DNA of 64,000 nucleotides from Candidatus Bathyarchaeota archaeon (GTDB lineage Archaea; Thermoproteota; Bathyarchaeia; Bathyarchaeales; Bathycorpusculaceae): NCBI GenBank assembly GCA_963815095.1, contig CAWFFH010000007.1, positions 32,001 to 96,000 of the forward strand, read 5' to 3'. Shown piece by piece: positions 20,075 to 28,908 of this stretch (position 1 is its first letter; each line of letters starts with the position of its first letter). The notes under the pieces were generated by a model. It saw only the letters and a program-made list of their open reading frames with translations, ran no database searches and was not told where the DNA came from. The position numbers and the translations under genes were made by a program.

Positions 20075-21565
20075 TCATTCAATTGATGCGCCAACATCAC
20101 CCGTTGACGGAAGGGGATTCTTAGAAGAAGGTACTGCTGTATTCTTTGATGCTCGGTTAATTTGCAGAATAGAAGGAAGAATAGCTAGAGCGTTAACGAT
20201 TGCGATAGCAAAATATGCAGATTTGATGCTTGCCATGAAGAGCATTTGTTCAGATGACGTTACAGAAGTAGCGCCAACTTGAGTGATAATTCTTGTAATT
20301 AAAGAGTAGGGAGCTGTAAAGGACATAATCAATATGGCAAAGTTGAGGCTAACGCTTAATCCTATATTGAGAAAAAGCCCAACCAACGCCGATCCAACGC
20401 CGCGCCTCTGCATTGGAAGAGCACCCATTACAGACCGCAAATTTGGAGCTAAAAACAAGCCAGTAGCAACCCCCATAAAAGCCATATACAAAGCCAATAA
20501 AGAGTAAGGCGTTGAAGCATCAGTGGTCGATAAAAGAAAAAGCATCACAGATCCCAAACTCAAACCCGTCAAGATAAACCTAGAATACCCAAACCTATCA
20601 GACAGTGTTCCACTAAGCGGACCAACAGCCAAAAAAGCAATCTCAAAAGGCAAAATGCTAATACCCGCCTGCAACGGCGTCTGGCCTCGAGCCAGCTGAA
20701 ACTGCAAACTCAAAAGCAAAAGCATAGCTGCCCAAGCTATAACATTAAGCAAAACAGCCAAAACCCCACCAGAAACTTCCCTGATTCTAAAAATATGAAA
20801 ATCAATCAAAGGAGACCGACTGCGCCTCTCCCACAAAACAAACAGCAACACAAAAATTCCAGACGCCACAAAAAGCCCCAAAACAACCGCCGACTCAACT
20901 GAAACGTAAGCGCTAATTGTTAAACCAACCATCAAAGATAAAAGAAAAACTGCAAATAAACCAAATCCAACCCAATCAATCTTTGCATTTTTATCTAAAA
21001 CCGCCACTTCTTTTAGTCGCCTTCTCGCCCAAAAAGTGCCAAAAATCCCTACGGGAATATTGATGTAAAAAAGAGCTCGCCAATCCAGAAAAGACAAAAT
21101 TAAGCCACTTAAAGTTAAGCCCAATATTGCTCCGGCTCGATATGAGATTTGGTTGATTCCAACAAACAAACCCAGCTGGCGGCGAGGAGTGGCATCTGTT
21201 ACAATGGCGATGCTGTTGGCAAAAATAAGAGCTGCACCTGCTCCCTGAATGGCTCTAAATATTATTACTGAAAGAGGGTTAAAGCCCAGGCTTGTTAGAG
21301 CTGATCCAACGGTGAAGATGGCAAACCCAAACCAATAGAGTCGCACTCTACCAAAAATATCAGACAACCGCCCAATCAACAACAACAAAACGGTAGTTGT
21401 TAAGACATAGGACTGGGTAATCCAAACGGCTTGCTCTGCATCTGCACCTAACTGATGAGCAACCTGCGGCAAACCTATGATGACTATGCGGGCGTCAAGT
21501 CCAACCATAAAAATGCCGATGGTTGTAACAGTTATGGCTACCCATTTATACTCCAAAAAAATCAC
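20075..21565 (-). CDS. MFS efflux transporter, DHA2 (EmrB/QacA) type
   Basis: ~14 TM; GRLSDIFGR, RAIQGAG, WRALFYINIPVG, IDWVG. Confidence 0.92.
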   Translation of the reverse strand: MIFLEYKWVAITVTTIGIFMVGLDARIVIIGLPQVAHQLGADAEQAVWITQSYVLTTTVLLLLIGRLSDIFGRVRLYWFGFAIFTVGSALTSLGFNPLSVIIFRAIQGAGAALIFANSIAIVTDATPRRQLGLFVGINQISYRAGAILGLTLSGLILSFLDWRALFYINIPVGIFGTFWARRRLKEVAVLDKNAKIDWVGFGLFAVFLLSLMVGLTISAYVSVESAVVLGLFVASGIFVLLFVLWERRSRSPLIDFHIFRIREVSGGVLAVLLNVIAWAAMLLLLSLQFQLARGQTPLQAGISILPFEIAFLAVGPLSGTLSDRFGYSRFILTGLSLGSVMLFLLSTTDASTPYSLLALYMAFMGVATGLFLAPNLRSVMGALPMQRRGVGSALVGLFLNIGLSVSLNFAILIMSFTAPYSLITRIITQVGATSVTSSEQMLFMASIKSAYFAIAIVNALAILPSILQINRASKNTAVPSSKNPLPSTGDVGASIE

Positions 21566-21729
21566 CGGAAACTAACTTATATCAAAAAATAAACAAACTA
21601 TTAACCTTTTCACACGCAAAATAAGCCAGCTATATCGTGATACCTTTTAATTATGTTACCAATATGGGATTTAGGTTCATTCGATAAGTACTAATACTTC
21701 AGCTCCATTGAAACATATTGGCGAATTTT

Positions 21730-22362
21730 ATGGTTTTTTTCTTAAACGATTATCTTGTTGCCAATGGAATAAGCCTAAGAAAACGAGTTTCCGACCTTTT
21801 TGATGAATTAGAAAAGAACAATGAATTAGCCCAAGTTTTCATACAAAACCCAACGCTTGTTTTGCAATCCAAAGTTTTGCCTGAATTCCAAGTGCTCGAA
21901 GAAAACTCAATTAACGCCGCAAATCAACTTTTGTTCTCTGTTTTAAGTAACGACAAATTCATGAAGTGGACCCAAGACTACGGGACAAAACTGATTGATC
22001 GATATAACAAAACAGGAAAGGTTCCTGACAAAAAGAAAATACTGCGAGATTTCGCAAAAGGAATTATCGAATATGGGGACCCAGAATTGCTCAGTGACAT
22101 TCTTGAAATGCCCCAAGAACTAATTGAATCGTCCTCAGGGCTCGTTGATCGCTGGTGGTTTTACTATCATATTATTGCGTTCATTGAATTCTTCTACATT
22201 TTCGTATACGACTATATCATTGTTGGTCCAGACAGAATCAGCCTGCTGGATGAAAACCAAAAAATTGTAACGATTTCACCTAAAGAACTCAAATCTTTGG
22301 CTGAACAAATGATTAAATATTCAAAGAAAATGAAAGAAGATAATAATTTGGATAATCATTAA
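21730..22362 (+). CDS. Putative RiPP precursor-like protein 1 (paralog of next gene)
   Basis: Aligns with 22381..23055 except for the aromatic segment DRWWFYYHIIAFIEFFYIFVYDYIIV; ATG 21730 chosen by alignment and the shared cgaatttt leader. Confidence 0.6.
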   Translation: MVFFLNDYLVANGISLRKRVSDLFDELEKNNELAQVFIQNPTLVLQSKVLPEFQVLEENSINAANQLLFSVLSNDKFMKWTQDYGTKLIDRYNKTGKVPDKKKILRDFAKGIIEYGDPELLSDILEMPQELIESSSGLVDRWWFYYHIIAFIEFFYIFVYDYIIVGPDRISLLDENQKIVTISPKELKSLAEQMIKYSKKMKEDNNLDNH

Positions 22363-22380
22363 CTAAATGGACGAATTTTC

Positions 22381-23055
22381 ATGGGCTTTTATTTGAATGA
22401 TTTCCTCACAACTAATGGCATAAACCTCAGAAAACGCGTATCTGATCTATTCGACGAGTTAGAGAAAAACCCTGAATTAGCTACGGCCTTCATTCGCAAC
22501 CCGATAGTTGTTTTGCAAACAAAAATTTTCCCAGAATTCCCAAAGTACGATGTAAATCGAACAAATGAAGCAAACCAATTTCTCTTTTCAGTGTTATCTA
22601 ACGATAAATTCATGCAGTGGCTACAAAAATACCAAAAACAAACAATCATTCATTACAACAATTCCGGAAAACTACCAACTAAACAAAAAGTACTGCAAGA
22701 ATTCGCAAAAGCCTTAATCGAAAATGGCGACCCAAAAATACTGGGCGACCTACTGGACACTTCTCCAAAAACCATGGAACAATTAAACTCTTCTAAAATG
22801 ATAGAAATGGATTTTGTAGTCAGCAACAAGAATTTCGCCATATGGGAATATCTCTTTTTGATTCGAATCTCGCTTTTTGTCTACAACTACGATTACTTTA
22901 CTTACCAAGCAGCTGGGATAGGCAAAATAGACATAATTGATGAACAACACAAAATTGTCACAGTTTCTTCGAAAGAACTTCGGTCCCTATCAGATCAAAT
23001 AGTAAAATATGCCAAGCAAAAGCGAGAACAAACAGAAGAGAAAAAACTTGAATAA
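22381..23055 (+). CDS. Putative RiPP precursor-like protein 2
   Basis: Paralog of the previous gene; variable segment NKNFAIWEYLFLIRISLFVYNYDYFTYQ. Confidence 0.6.
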   Translation: MGFYLNDFLTTNGINLRKRVSDLFDELEKNPELATAFIRNPIVVLQTKIFPEFPKYDVNRTNEANQFLFSVLSNDKFMQWLQKYQKQTIIHYNNSGKLPTKQKVLQEFAKALIENGDPKILGDLLDTSPKTMEQLNSSKMIEMDFVVSNKNFAIWEYLFLIRISLFVYNYDYFTYQAAGIGKIDIIDEQHKIVTVSSKELRSLSDQIVKYAKQKREQTEEKKLE

Positions 23056-24145
23056 AACACAAACCACACAAAACATAGCTACAACCCCTGTCAAAGGTGT
23101 GTTTCGCGGCCCAAGAACACTCTCAATTATGCCAACCTTTAGATGCGTAGCAAACTGCACATCATGCGGCACCCTTAGCAACCCAAACGACAAAACCAAA
23201 CTCACACTTCCAACCATCAAAAAATGCATCATACAAGCAAAACGCAGCAACTTTGCAAACATCGTTTTTACAGGCGGAGAAGCCACACTATGCTGGAAAA
23301 ACCTGCTAAAAGCCATTAAAGAAACAAAAAAACAGGGAATGGTGACTCGACTAGTAACCAACGCTCACTGGGCAAAAACCCCCAAAAAAACACTACGAAC
23401 CATTAAAACCCTAAAAGAAGCAGGATTAGACGAAATAAATTTTAGCACAGGCGACGAACACGCAAAATTTGTTCCCATACAAAATGTAATTAACGCTATT
23501 TCAGCATCAATTTTCCATCACCTAAAACCAGCAGTCATGGTTGAAGATAGAAACGGAAGAACAATCACAAAAAACAAAATTCTTCGCAACCCAGAAATAA
23601 AAAAAATACTTTCAAAGGACAAAAACAATTTGACCTTTATGGAAAGCCCCTGGATGCCGCTTGATCCATTCAAAATTGAACAATACCAAAAAACCGCCAT
23701 AGCAAACAAACAAAATCTAGATTCATTTACGAGTTGCGACACTGTTTTGCAATCTCTCACAATTTTGTCAGATGGAAATATTTCAACATGCTGCGGATTT
23801 GGAGCCAGGTTAATACCTGAACTTTTAGTCTCAAATGTGCACAAACCAAATTTCGTCGCGGAAGCGATTGAGAATACGGAAAATGACTTTATGAAAATCT
23901 GGCTTCACTATGAGGGACCGATTAAAATTTTGGCTTGGGCGGCAGAAAAAAACCCCGCTATAAAATGGGAAAATATGTATGCTCACTGCTGCCAAGCCTG
24001 CCTAAGAATCTACAAAGATCCAACGGTTATGCAAACCATTAAGGAGAATTATAAAGAAAAAATTGGCTCAGTCTTGAGCAGTGCTTGGATGGAGGAAGTC
24101 TTCATTCCAACGCGCTTCCAAAAACAAAGCATCCCAGCAAACTGA
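23048..24145 (+). CDS. Radical SAM enzyme, YydG/EpeE peptide-epimerase-like
   Basis: CVANCTSC, FTGGE, VTNAHWA, FSTGDEHAKFV, DGNISTCC, LHYEG, CCQAC; TTG start overlaps the upstream stop. Confidence 0.8.
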   Translation: MNKTQTTQNIATTPVKGVFRGPRTLSIMPTFRCVANCTSCGTLSNPNDKTKLTLPTIKKCIIQAKRSNFANIVFTGGEATLCWKNLLKAIKETKKQGMVTRLVTNAHWAKTPKKTLRTIKTLKEAGLDEINFSTGDEHAKFVPIQNVINAISASIFHHLKPAVMVEDRNGRTITKNKILRNPEIKKILSKDKNNLTFMESPWMPLDPFKIEQYQKTAIANKQNLDSFTSCDTVLQSLTILSDGNISTCCGFGARLIPELLVSNVHKPNFVAEAIENTENDFMKIWLHYEGPIKILAWAAEKNPAIKWENMYAHCCQACLRIYKDPTVMQTIKENYKEKIGSVLSSAWMEEVFIPTRFQKQSIPAN

Positions 24146-24149
24146 CTCT

Positions 24150-24285
24150 GACGGTGGCGAGTAAAGTCGCTTACTTGATTAATCAGGCTGTTAGGCCTGA
24201 GAATATTTTGGCGTTAACGTTTAACCAGAAAACAGCTGAAGACCCGAAGGAAAAAGTTATTGTGCTGCTGGGGAATTTCAGTTAA
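24150..24285 (+). pseudogene. UvrD/PcrA helicase fragment
   Basis: KVAYLINQAVRPENILALTFNQKTAE, SF1 motif Ia. Confidence 0.7.
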
Positions 24286-24293
24286 GGCATGAA

Positions 24294-24360
24294 ATTTTTG
24301 GGAATATGGTTTATAAAAATTTGATATCAACGAATACATCTGTTACGGATTTGCTTAGGC
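24294..24360 (-). repeat. Repeat family A
   Basis: atttgatatcaacgaatacatctgttacggatttgcttag matches 5185-5224. Confidence 0.75.
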
Positions 24361-24724
24361 AGGGTCTGAAAATATCTTTAGTTAATCAAAATACTGATTG
24401 TTATTTCTTCTTGGCTTTGCCGTGTCCATTATTGAGAGCTCTGAGTATCTTATCATCGCTCTTAATGATTCGCAAAGCAATTTCCATCGGGTCTTTACAA
24501 TTCGCCATTTTCTAACCAATCCTCTATTTCTTCAATGGTATATCTGCGATGTCTTTTATACGTAACTCTTCTAATTATTGTAAGTAATTAGTTTTTTCTA
24601 AAAGTCAAACCTTCAACCGTCTATATTTCTAAATAAAGAAAAAGTATCAAAATACTTTCAGCATCTCATTTTCTCGCAACGTTCTAAAACCAGAAGAGCA
24701 GATCCTTAATAATTTGGGATTTCA

Positions 24725-25717
24725 TCATTCAAATAAGTGAAGATAGTTCCAGAATTGCCTTACTCTAATAAAAAAGCTATCCTTAGAGACAAAATCGCTT
24801 AGTCTAAAGTAATCCATGGTGTTTGGATAGGACTTATCAAGTGTTCTCGCATTCTGTTCGACAAACAGTATTGTCTCAATTGCCTTGTTTTTGCTTGCTA
24901 TTAGTTGTTGTTTCTGTTCCTCTGGCAGTTCGGCATAGGCTAAAAAGCTCTCTACTGAGCGAATAAAACAGAGTGCGTGTAGGCTTTCTGTCGTAATTAT
25001 TGCGAGGCTATGTTTGGCTGGTTTTGTTGCCTTAATTTCGGCAAACAATCGGCTTAATTGGGATTTCGAGCTTGGACCATAATGGTTAGATTTAAATTGA
25101 ATCCATTTTTCTACATCAAAAAACAGCAAAAGCTTGTTGATGTAATAATTGTCATAATAGCTATCCAGTTGCTCAGGAATCTTAGATGAGAAGTGGGAAA
25201 TAACATGTTTATTATAATCGTTGCAGAAACTGAGAAATTGGTTGCTTTGGGTAAAATCGGCTGCGGCATAATCTAACAGATGGCAAAACTCTTCTAAGAT
25301 GATAAACTCGCAATTCTCCATTGTTTTATTCATTAGGCCATCTGTGTTAATTGCTATTGCGGCTCTGTTTGGTTTGGAGGCGTATGCATAGGCTTGAAGG
25401 GGTAGTTTGTTTTCGAAGTTTCCACCGATTGCAAGTGTGATTTGTTTTTGAAAAAGCTCAAGCAAGGAATTATTAGCGACAAATATGACTCTTAGAGTTT
25501 GGTAATCTTTAGCAACTTGTGTTTTTGTAATCAATTTGTCGCAAATTGTTTTGTATTGGCTAACATCATTTTTTGTAATCGTAAAGTACAGAGTTTCCAT
25601 CATATCACCTGCTTGAGTTATAGATCGATAAGTGTTGTGATAGTTATCATCTGGATTTATAAGGTCTTTGACCTCAACAAGCACAGAATAACGCTTGTGA
25701 GCAAATCGAAATGTCAC
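24725..25717 (-). CDS. Hypothetical protein, possible zincin-like motif
   Basis: 330-aa ORF; AIAIN...IILEEFCHLLD. Confidence 0.7.
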   Translation of the reverse strand: MTFRFAHKRYSVLVEVKDLINPDDNYHNTYRSITQAGDMMETLYFTITKNDVSQYKTICDKLITKTQVAKDYQTLRVIFVANNSLLELFQKQITLAIGGNFENKLPLQAYAYASKPNRAAIAINTDGLMNKTMENCEFIILEEFCHLLDYAAADFTQSNQFLSFCNDYNKHVISHFSSKIPEQLDSYYDNYYINKLLLFFDVEKWIQFKSNHYGPSSKSQLSRLFAEIKATKPAKHSLAIITTESLHALCFIRSVESFLAYAELPEEQKQQLIASKNKAIETILFVEQNARTLDKSYPNTMDYFRLSDFVSKDSFFIRVRQFWNYLHLFE

Positions 25718-25802
25718 TACTCAAAGAAGTTGCTGTTGCTTCTGCTGCAACGCAATTTGCACATCGACAGTTGCATCTATCAAAACTAAAACCCAAATTA
25801 TG
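25713..25802. repeat. Repeat family B
   Basis: Matches 12571-12662. Confidence 0.75.
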
Positions 25803-25815
25803 GTATTTGGTCTTC

Positions 25816-27258
25816 TTATGCCAACTCACGAGTTAACCTGTAAACTTCAAACAGAGGCTCATAGATGATGCCTTCGTTTAGGCAATCTTTAATGAGCTGC
25901 TCAGTTTCTTGCGGTTTAGTTTTCGCCTCTCTAACAATATCTGACTTTTTCGCGCCGGGTTCTCTGGTTGAGTGGTATTTTCGGATTATTCTGATGATAT
26001 CGCGGTATTTCACATTTAATGCTGCCAAGTTTTCTTTACCTGAAATTGGATTGGCGAGTAAATCTGCCCATACATCGTAAACGTATTCAAAATTCCACTT
26101 AAAGAACTCATCAAAGACCTTAGACACCACGGCTGGATTAGCAATGGAGATGTCGTTGGCTCTTGCATAGGCTAAACACTCTCGAAACACAGATGAGGGT
26201 CTGGAATTGTAGCTGGCATTTAGAAAACCGTGTTTAGTTAAATGCGCTGGATCCAACCCATAACTATCAACTAATTTTTCCAGCTCATTTACAATTTTTG
26301 CTTCTGAAGTTGGCATATCTTCGATAATTGGAGCTTTCATGTGGCTAATTATCATGAATTTGAGGGCATCAAACTGATCGATTACGGATCTTGAACAGCT
26401 AATTGAGGTATCCTCGGGGATTACGGTTGGTACATCGCTTAGGCTGCACGGGGGATCCTCAATCGAGGCAGGTTTATCATGTTTGCTATACATTGACATC
26501 GAAATTTCCAAATCCAGCCCAGTTGAGGCTGAACTTTTGTGGGCAAGCAAATTTTCTGTCACTTTTGTCAGCGGTTCGTCTGCATCTTCACAGATAAAAC
26601 CGTACTTGTATCTCATGGCAAATTTTCCAAACCTGGTTTCTACTTTTTGGATTCTGCCCATGTCTTGAGGTATGACCTTTCTTATCTCCCTAACGACCTT
26701 CAAGGGGAGCCCTAATTTGGTAGAATCATACAAAGTAAGATTTATTCCACCGATATTTTCAAGGAATGCTGGTGAGCTAATTGCAGAGAACGCCAAGAAA
26801 TCTCGTATTTGAGGTTCCAACGACTCTACTCTATTAGTTAAGCCCAACTTGAAATCCCGATAACTAAAATTTAGTTTTAGTACATCAAAACCAGGTTTAG
26901 CGCCAATCCAATCATACACCTCTAAAACCAAATCGCCACTAAAACGCCTCGAAGTCTCCGATATTGGCTGAATTCTTTCAAATTTAGCAAGCCCCGATAC
27001 CGTAATGAACTCATTTTCAGCAGGGTTCAATTCGGTATAATTTATGCAAACAACATAGGTTTGATTAGAAAAAAGCGTGGGCACTATCGCAAAAATGTTA
27101 TTTCCAATCCATTTAACATAACCGCTAACTGAGGCTTTCTCGTTGGCCTTTACGCTTGCGTATTCCTTAATTTTTTCAGCTTCAAAAGGCAACCACAAGG
27201 CTCCCGATTCACGTTGCCAAAGGTTCAAATTGAAATACTTAGAGGACGATTTCGACAT
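25816..27258 (-). CDS. Degenerate MCM-like protein (OB fold, AAA-lid-like region, C-terminal winged helix)
   Basis: SRPSSVFRECLAYARA resembles MCM sensor-2; ends CLNEGIIYEPLFEVYRL; no Walker A visible. Confidence 0.5.
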   Translation of the reverse strand: MSKSSSKYFNLNLWQRESGALWLPFEAEKIKEYASVKANEKASVSGYVKWIGNNIFAIVPTLFSNQTYVVCINYTELNPAENEFITVSGLAKFERIQPISETSRRFSGDLVLEVYDWIGAKPGFDVLKLNFSYRDFKLGLTNRVESLEPQIRDFLAFSAISSPAFLENIGGINLTLYDSTKLGLPLKVVREIRKVIPQDMGRIQKVETRFGKFAMRYKYGFICEDADEPLTKVTENLLAHKSSASTGLDLEISMSMYSKHDKPASIEDPPCSLSDVPTVIPEDTSISCSRSVIDQFDALKFMIISHMKAPIIEDMPTSEAKIVNELEKLVDSYGLDPAHLTKHGFLNASYNSRPSSVFRECLAYARANDISIANPAVVSKVFDEFFKWNFEYVYDVWADLLANPISGKENLAALNVKYRDIIRIIRKYHSTREPGAKKSDIVREAKTKPQETEQLIKDCLNEGIIYEPLFEVYRLTRELA

Positions 27259-27396
27259 TGGATAATTATCACAGAATTGACTTAAAATACATATGCGAAA
27301 ACTTGAAGATTTTTAGCAAATTAAACCCGAGCAACCCAAAAAACAAAATGCATTCAATAATTAAGCTCTAAGCTCACACCCAAAAATAATGCGCTG

Positions 27397-28824
27397 TCAA
27401 GACATTGGTAACTCTATAATGAATTTTGTTCCCCTGCCAACCTGGCTCTCAAAACTAATAGTTCCATTCAAAGCTTCAATTAACCGCTTAGAAACTGCTA
27501 ATCCAAACCCTTGGCCCTTAGCTTTTGTAGTCATCATTGGAGTAAACAGTTTAGATTTTACTTCATCAGGTATGCCAATACCGGTGTCGATAACAGTTAT
27601 AACAATTTTGTTGTCTTTTATTTGACCATTTATTTTTAAACTGCCTCCATTAGGCATTGCCTGAATGGCATTAGTAACGAGATTTGTTAGCGCTCGTTGA
27701 AGTATCATATGGTCTGTTCGAACCCGTTCAACAGCTTTAACGTTAAGTGAAAGCTTGATGGTGTCTGGGAGTTCTAATATATTAAAAATATTTGAAACGA
27801 TTGCTGATAAGTTCGTTTCTGCGATTTCAGGAATTATGGTTCTAGAATAATCCTGCAGATCTTGCACTATCTTATTGATGTAGGCAACGTTTTTCTCAAT
27901 GCTGTCAATGCTTTCAGCGATGCCGTCTTTGTTTTTGCATTCAGGCAAACCAGTTAACTCATCTCTAAGCAAATAGGTATCGCTTAATACTGCCTGCAAT
28001 GGATTTCGTATATCATGACCAACCATCCCAGCTGTTGCACCGATAGCGGACAATCGCTTTCTCTCTTCCTCATCAGTCTTGTCTTCAACAATTACAATTA
28101 TACCTAAATCTGACGGATAAGTTGAAATCTCAAACACAGAAGGCCGCTTAGTCTCCCTACTGAAGGTATTCATCATAAAACGTGCCGATTTTTTCTGCTT
28201 CAAAGATTCAAAGTACGGCGTAACATCAATAGTCAACATTTCAGGCAAAACGTCATAAATTTTTTTACCCAAAGCAACCTTTGCCGGCACAGTAGTAACT
28301 CTCTCAGCTGCCTTATTCCAATGAATTACATTAAACTCCCAATCAGTAGCTATGAAGGCTTCATCAAAACTCTCATACAACTCACGGTACTTTTGCTCAC
28401 TTATCTTGAGTGTTTCTTTAGTTTTCTTGCGTTCAGTTACGTCTTTAATCAATACTGCTACTCGATCTGGAGGTAGAGGTATGAATTGGGTTTCGTAGAA
28501 GGTATCAACGATGGGGTTGTAGTATTGGTATCTTAATGTTTTGTTTGTGTTGATTGCTTTAATCGCATAATCAAACCAGCGTTGTTCTGCAGCTGGAGCG
28601 ACTTCTTTTTTTCGCTTACCTATTATGTTAGCTGCTTTTAGGCCTGTTTGCCGCTCGTAAGCAGGATTAACTTCAACAAATACAAAATCAACAACTCTGC
28701 CTTGACTGTTACGGACTAATTCTAAAAGTTCAAAACCATCATCAAGCATACTGATAAATTTAGAAAGACTCTCCAGTTTCTTATCTAAAAAAGCATCATC
28801 GGAATTGCTGCAAGAAAAAGACAT
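27397..28824 (-). CDS. Cytoplasmic PAS-PAS histidine kinase
   Basis: VNPAYE, WNKAAE (PAS); GHDIRNPL; NLVTNAIQAM, DTGIGI, GQGFGL. Confidence 0.93.
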   Translation of the reverse strand: MSFSCSNSDDAFLDKKLESLSKFISMLDDGFELLELVRNSQGRVVDFVFVEVNPAYERQTGLKAANIIGKRKKEVAPAAEQRWFDYAIKAINTNKTLRYQYYNPIVDTFYETQFIPLPPDRVAVLIKDVTERKKTKETLKISEQKYRELYESFDEAFIATDWEFNVIHWNKAAERVTTVPAKVALGKKIYDVLPEMLTIDVTPYFESLKQKKSARFMMNTFSRETKRPSVFEISTYPSDLGIIVIVEDKTDEEERKRLSAIGATAGMVGHDIRNPLQAVLSDTYLLRDELTGLPECKNKDGIAESIDSIEKNVAYINKIVQDLQDYSRTIIPEIAETNLSAIVSNIFNILELPDTIKLSLNVKAVERVRTDHMILQRALTNLVTNAIQAMPNGGSLKINGQIKDNKIVITVIDTGIGIPDEVKSKLFTPMMTTKAKGQGFGLAVSKRLIEALNGTISFESQVGRGTKFIIELPMS

Positions 28825-28908
28825 ATTCTCTACGGAAAACTAAAGTGTCAAGTAAATAATATAGCATTTGGTAAAGCTTAAGCGTTAATATTTTACTATG
28901 GTGTAATT

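Noticed and set aside
23009-23047. Track start of the radical SAM at ATG 23009
   Set aside because: It would overlap the upstream gene by 47 nt; TTG 23048 gives typical translational coupling.
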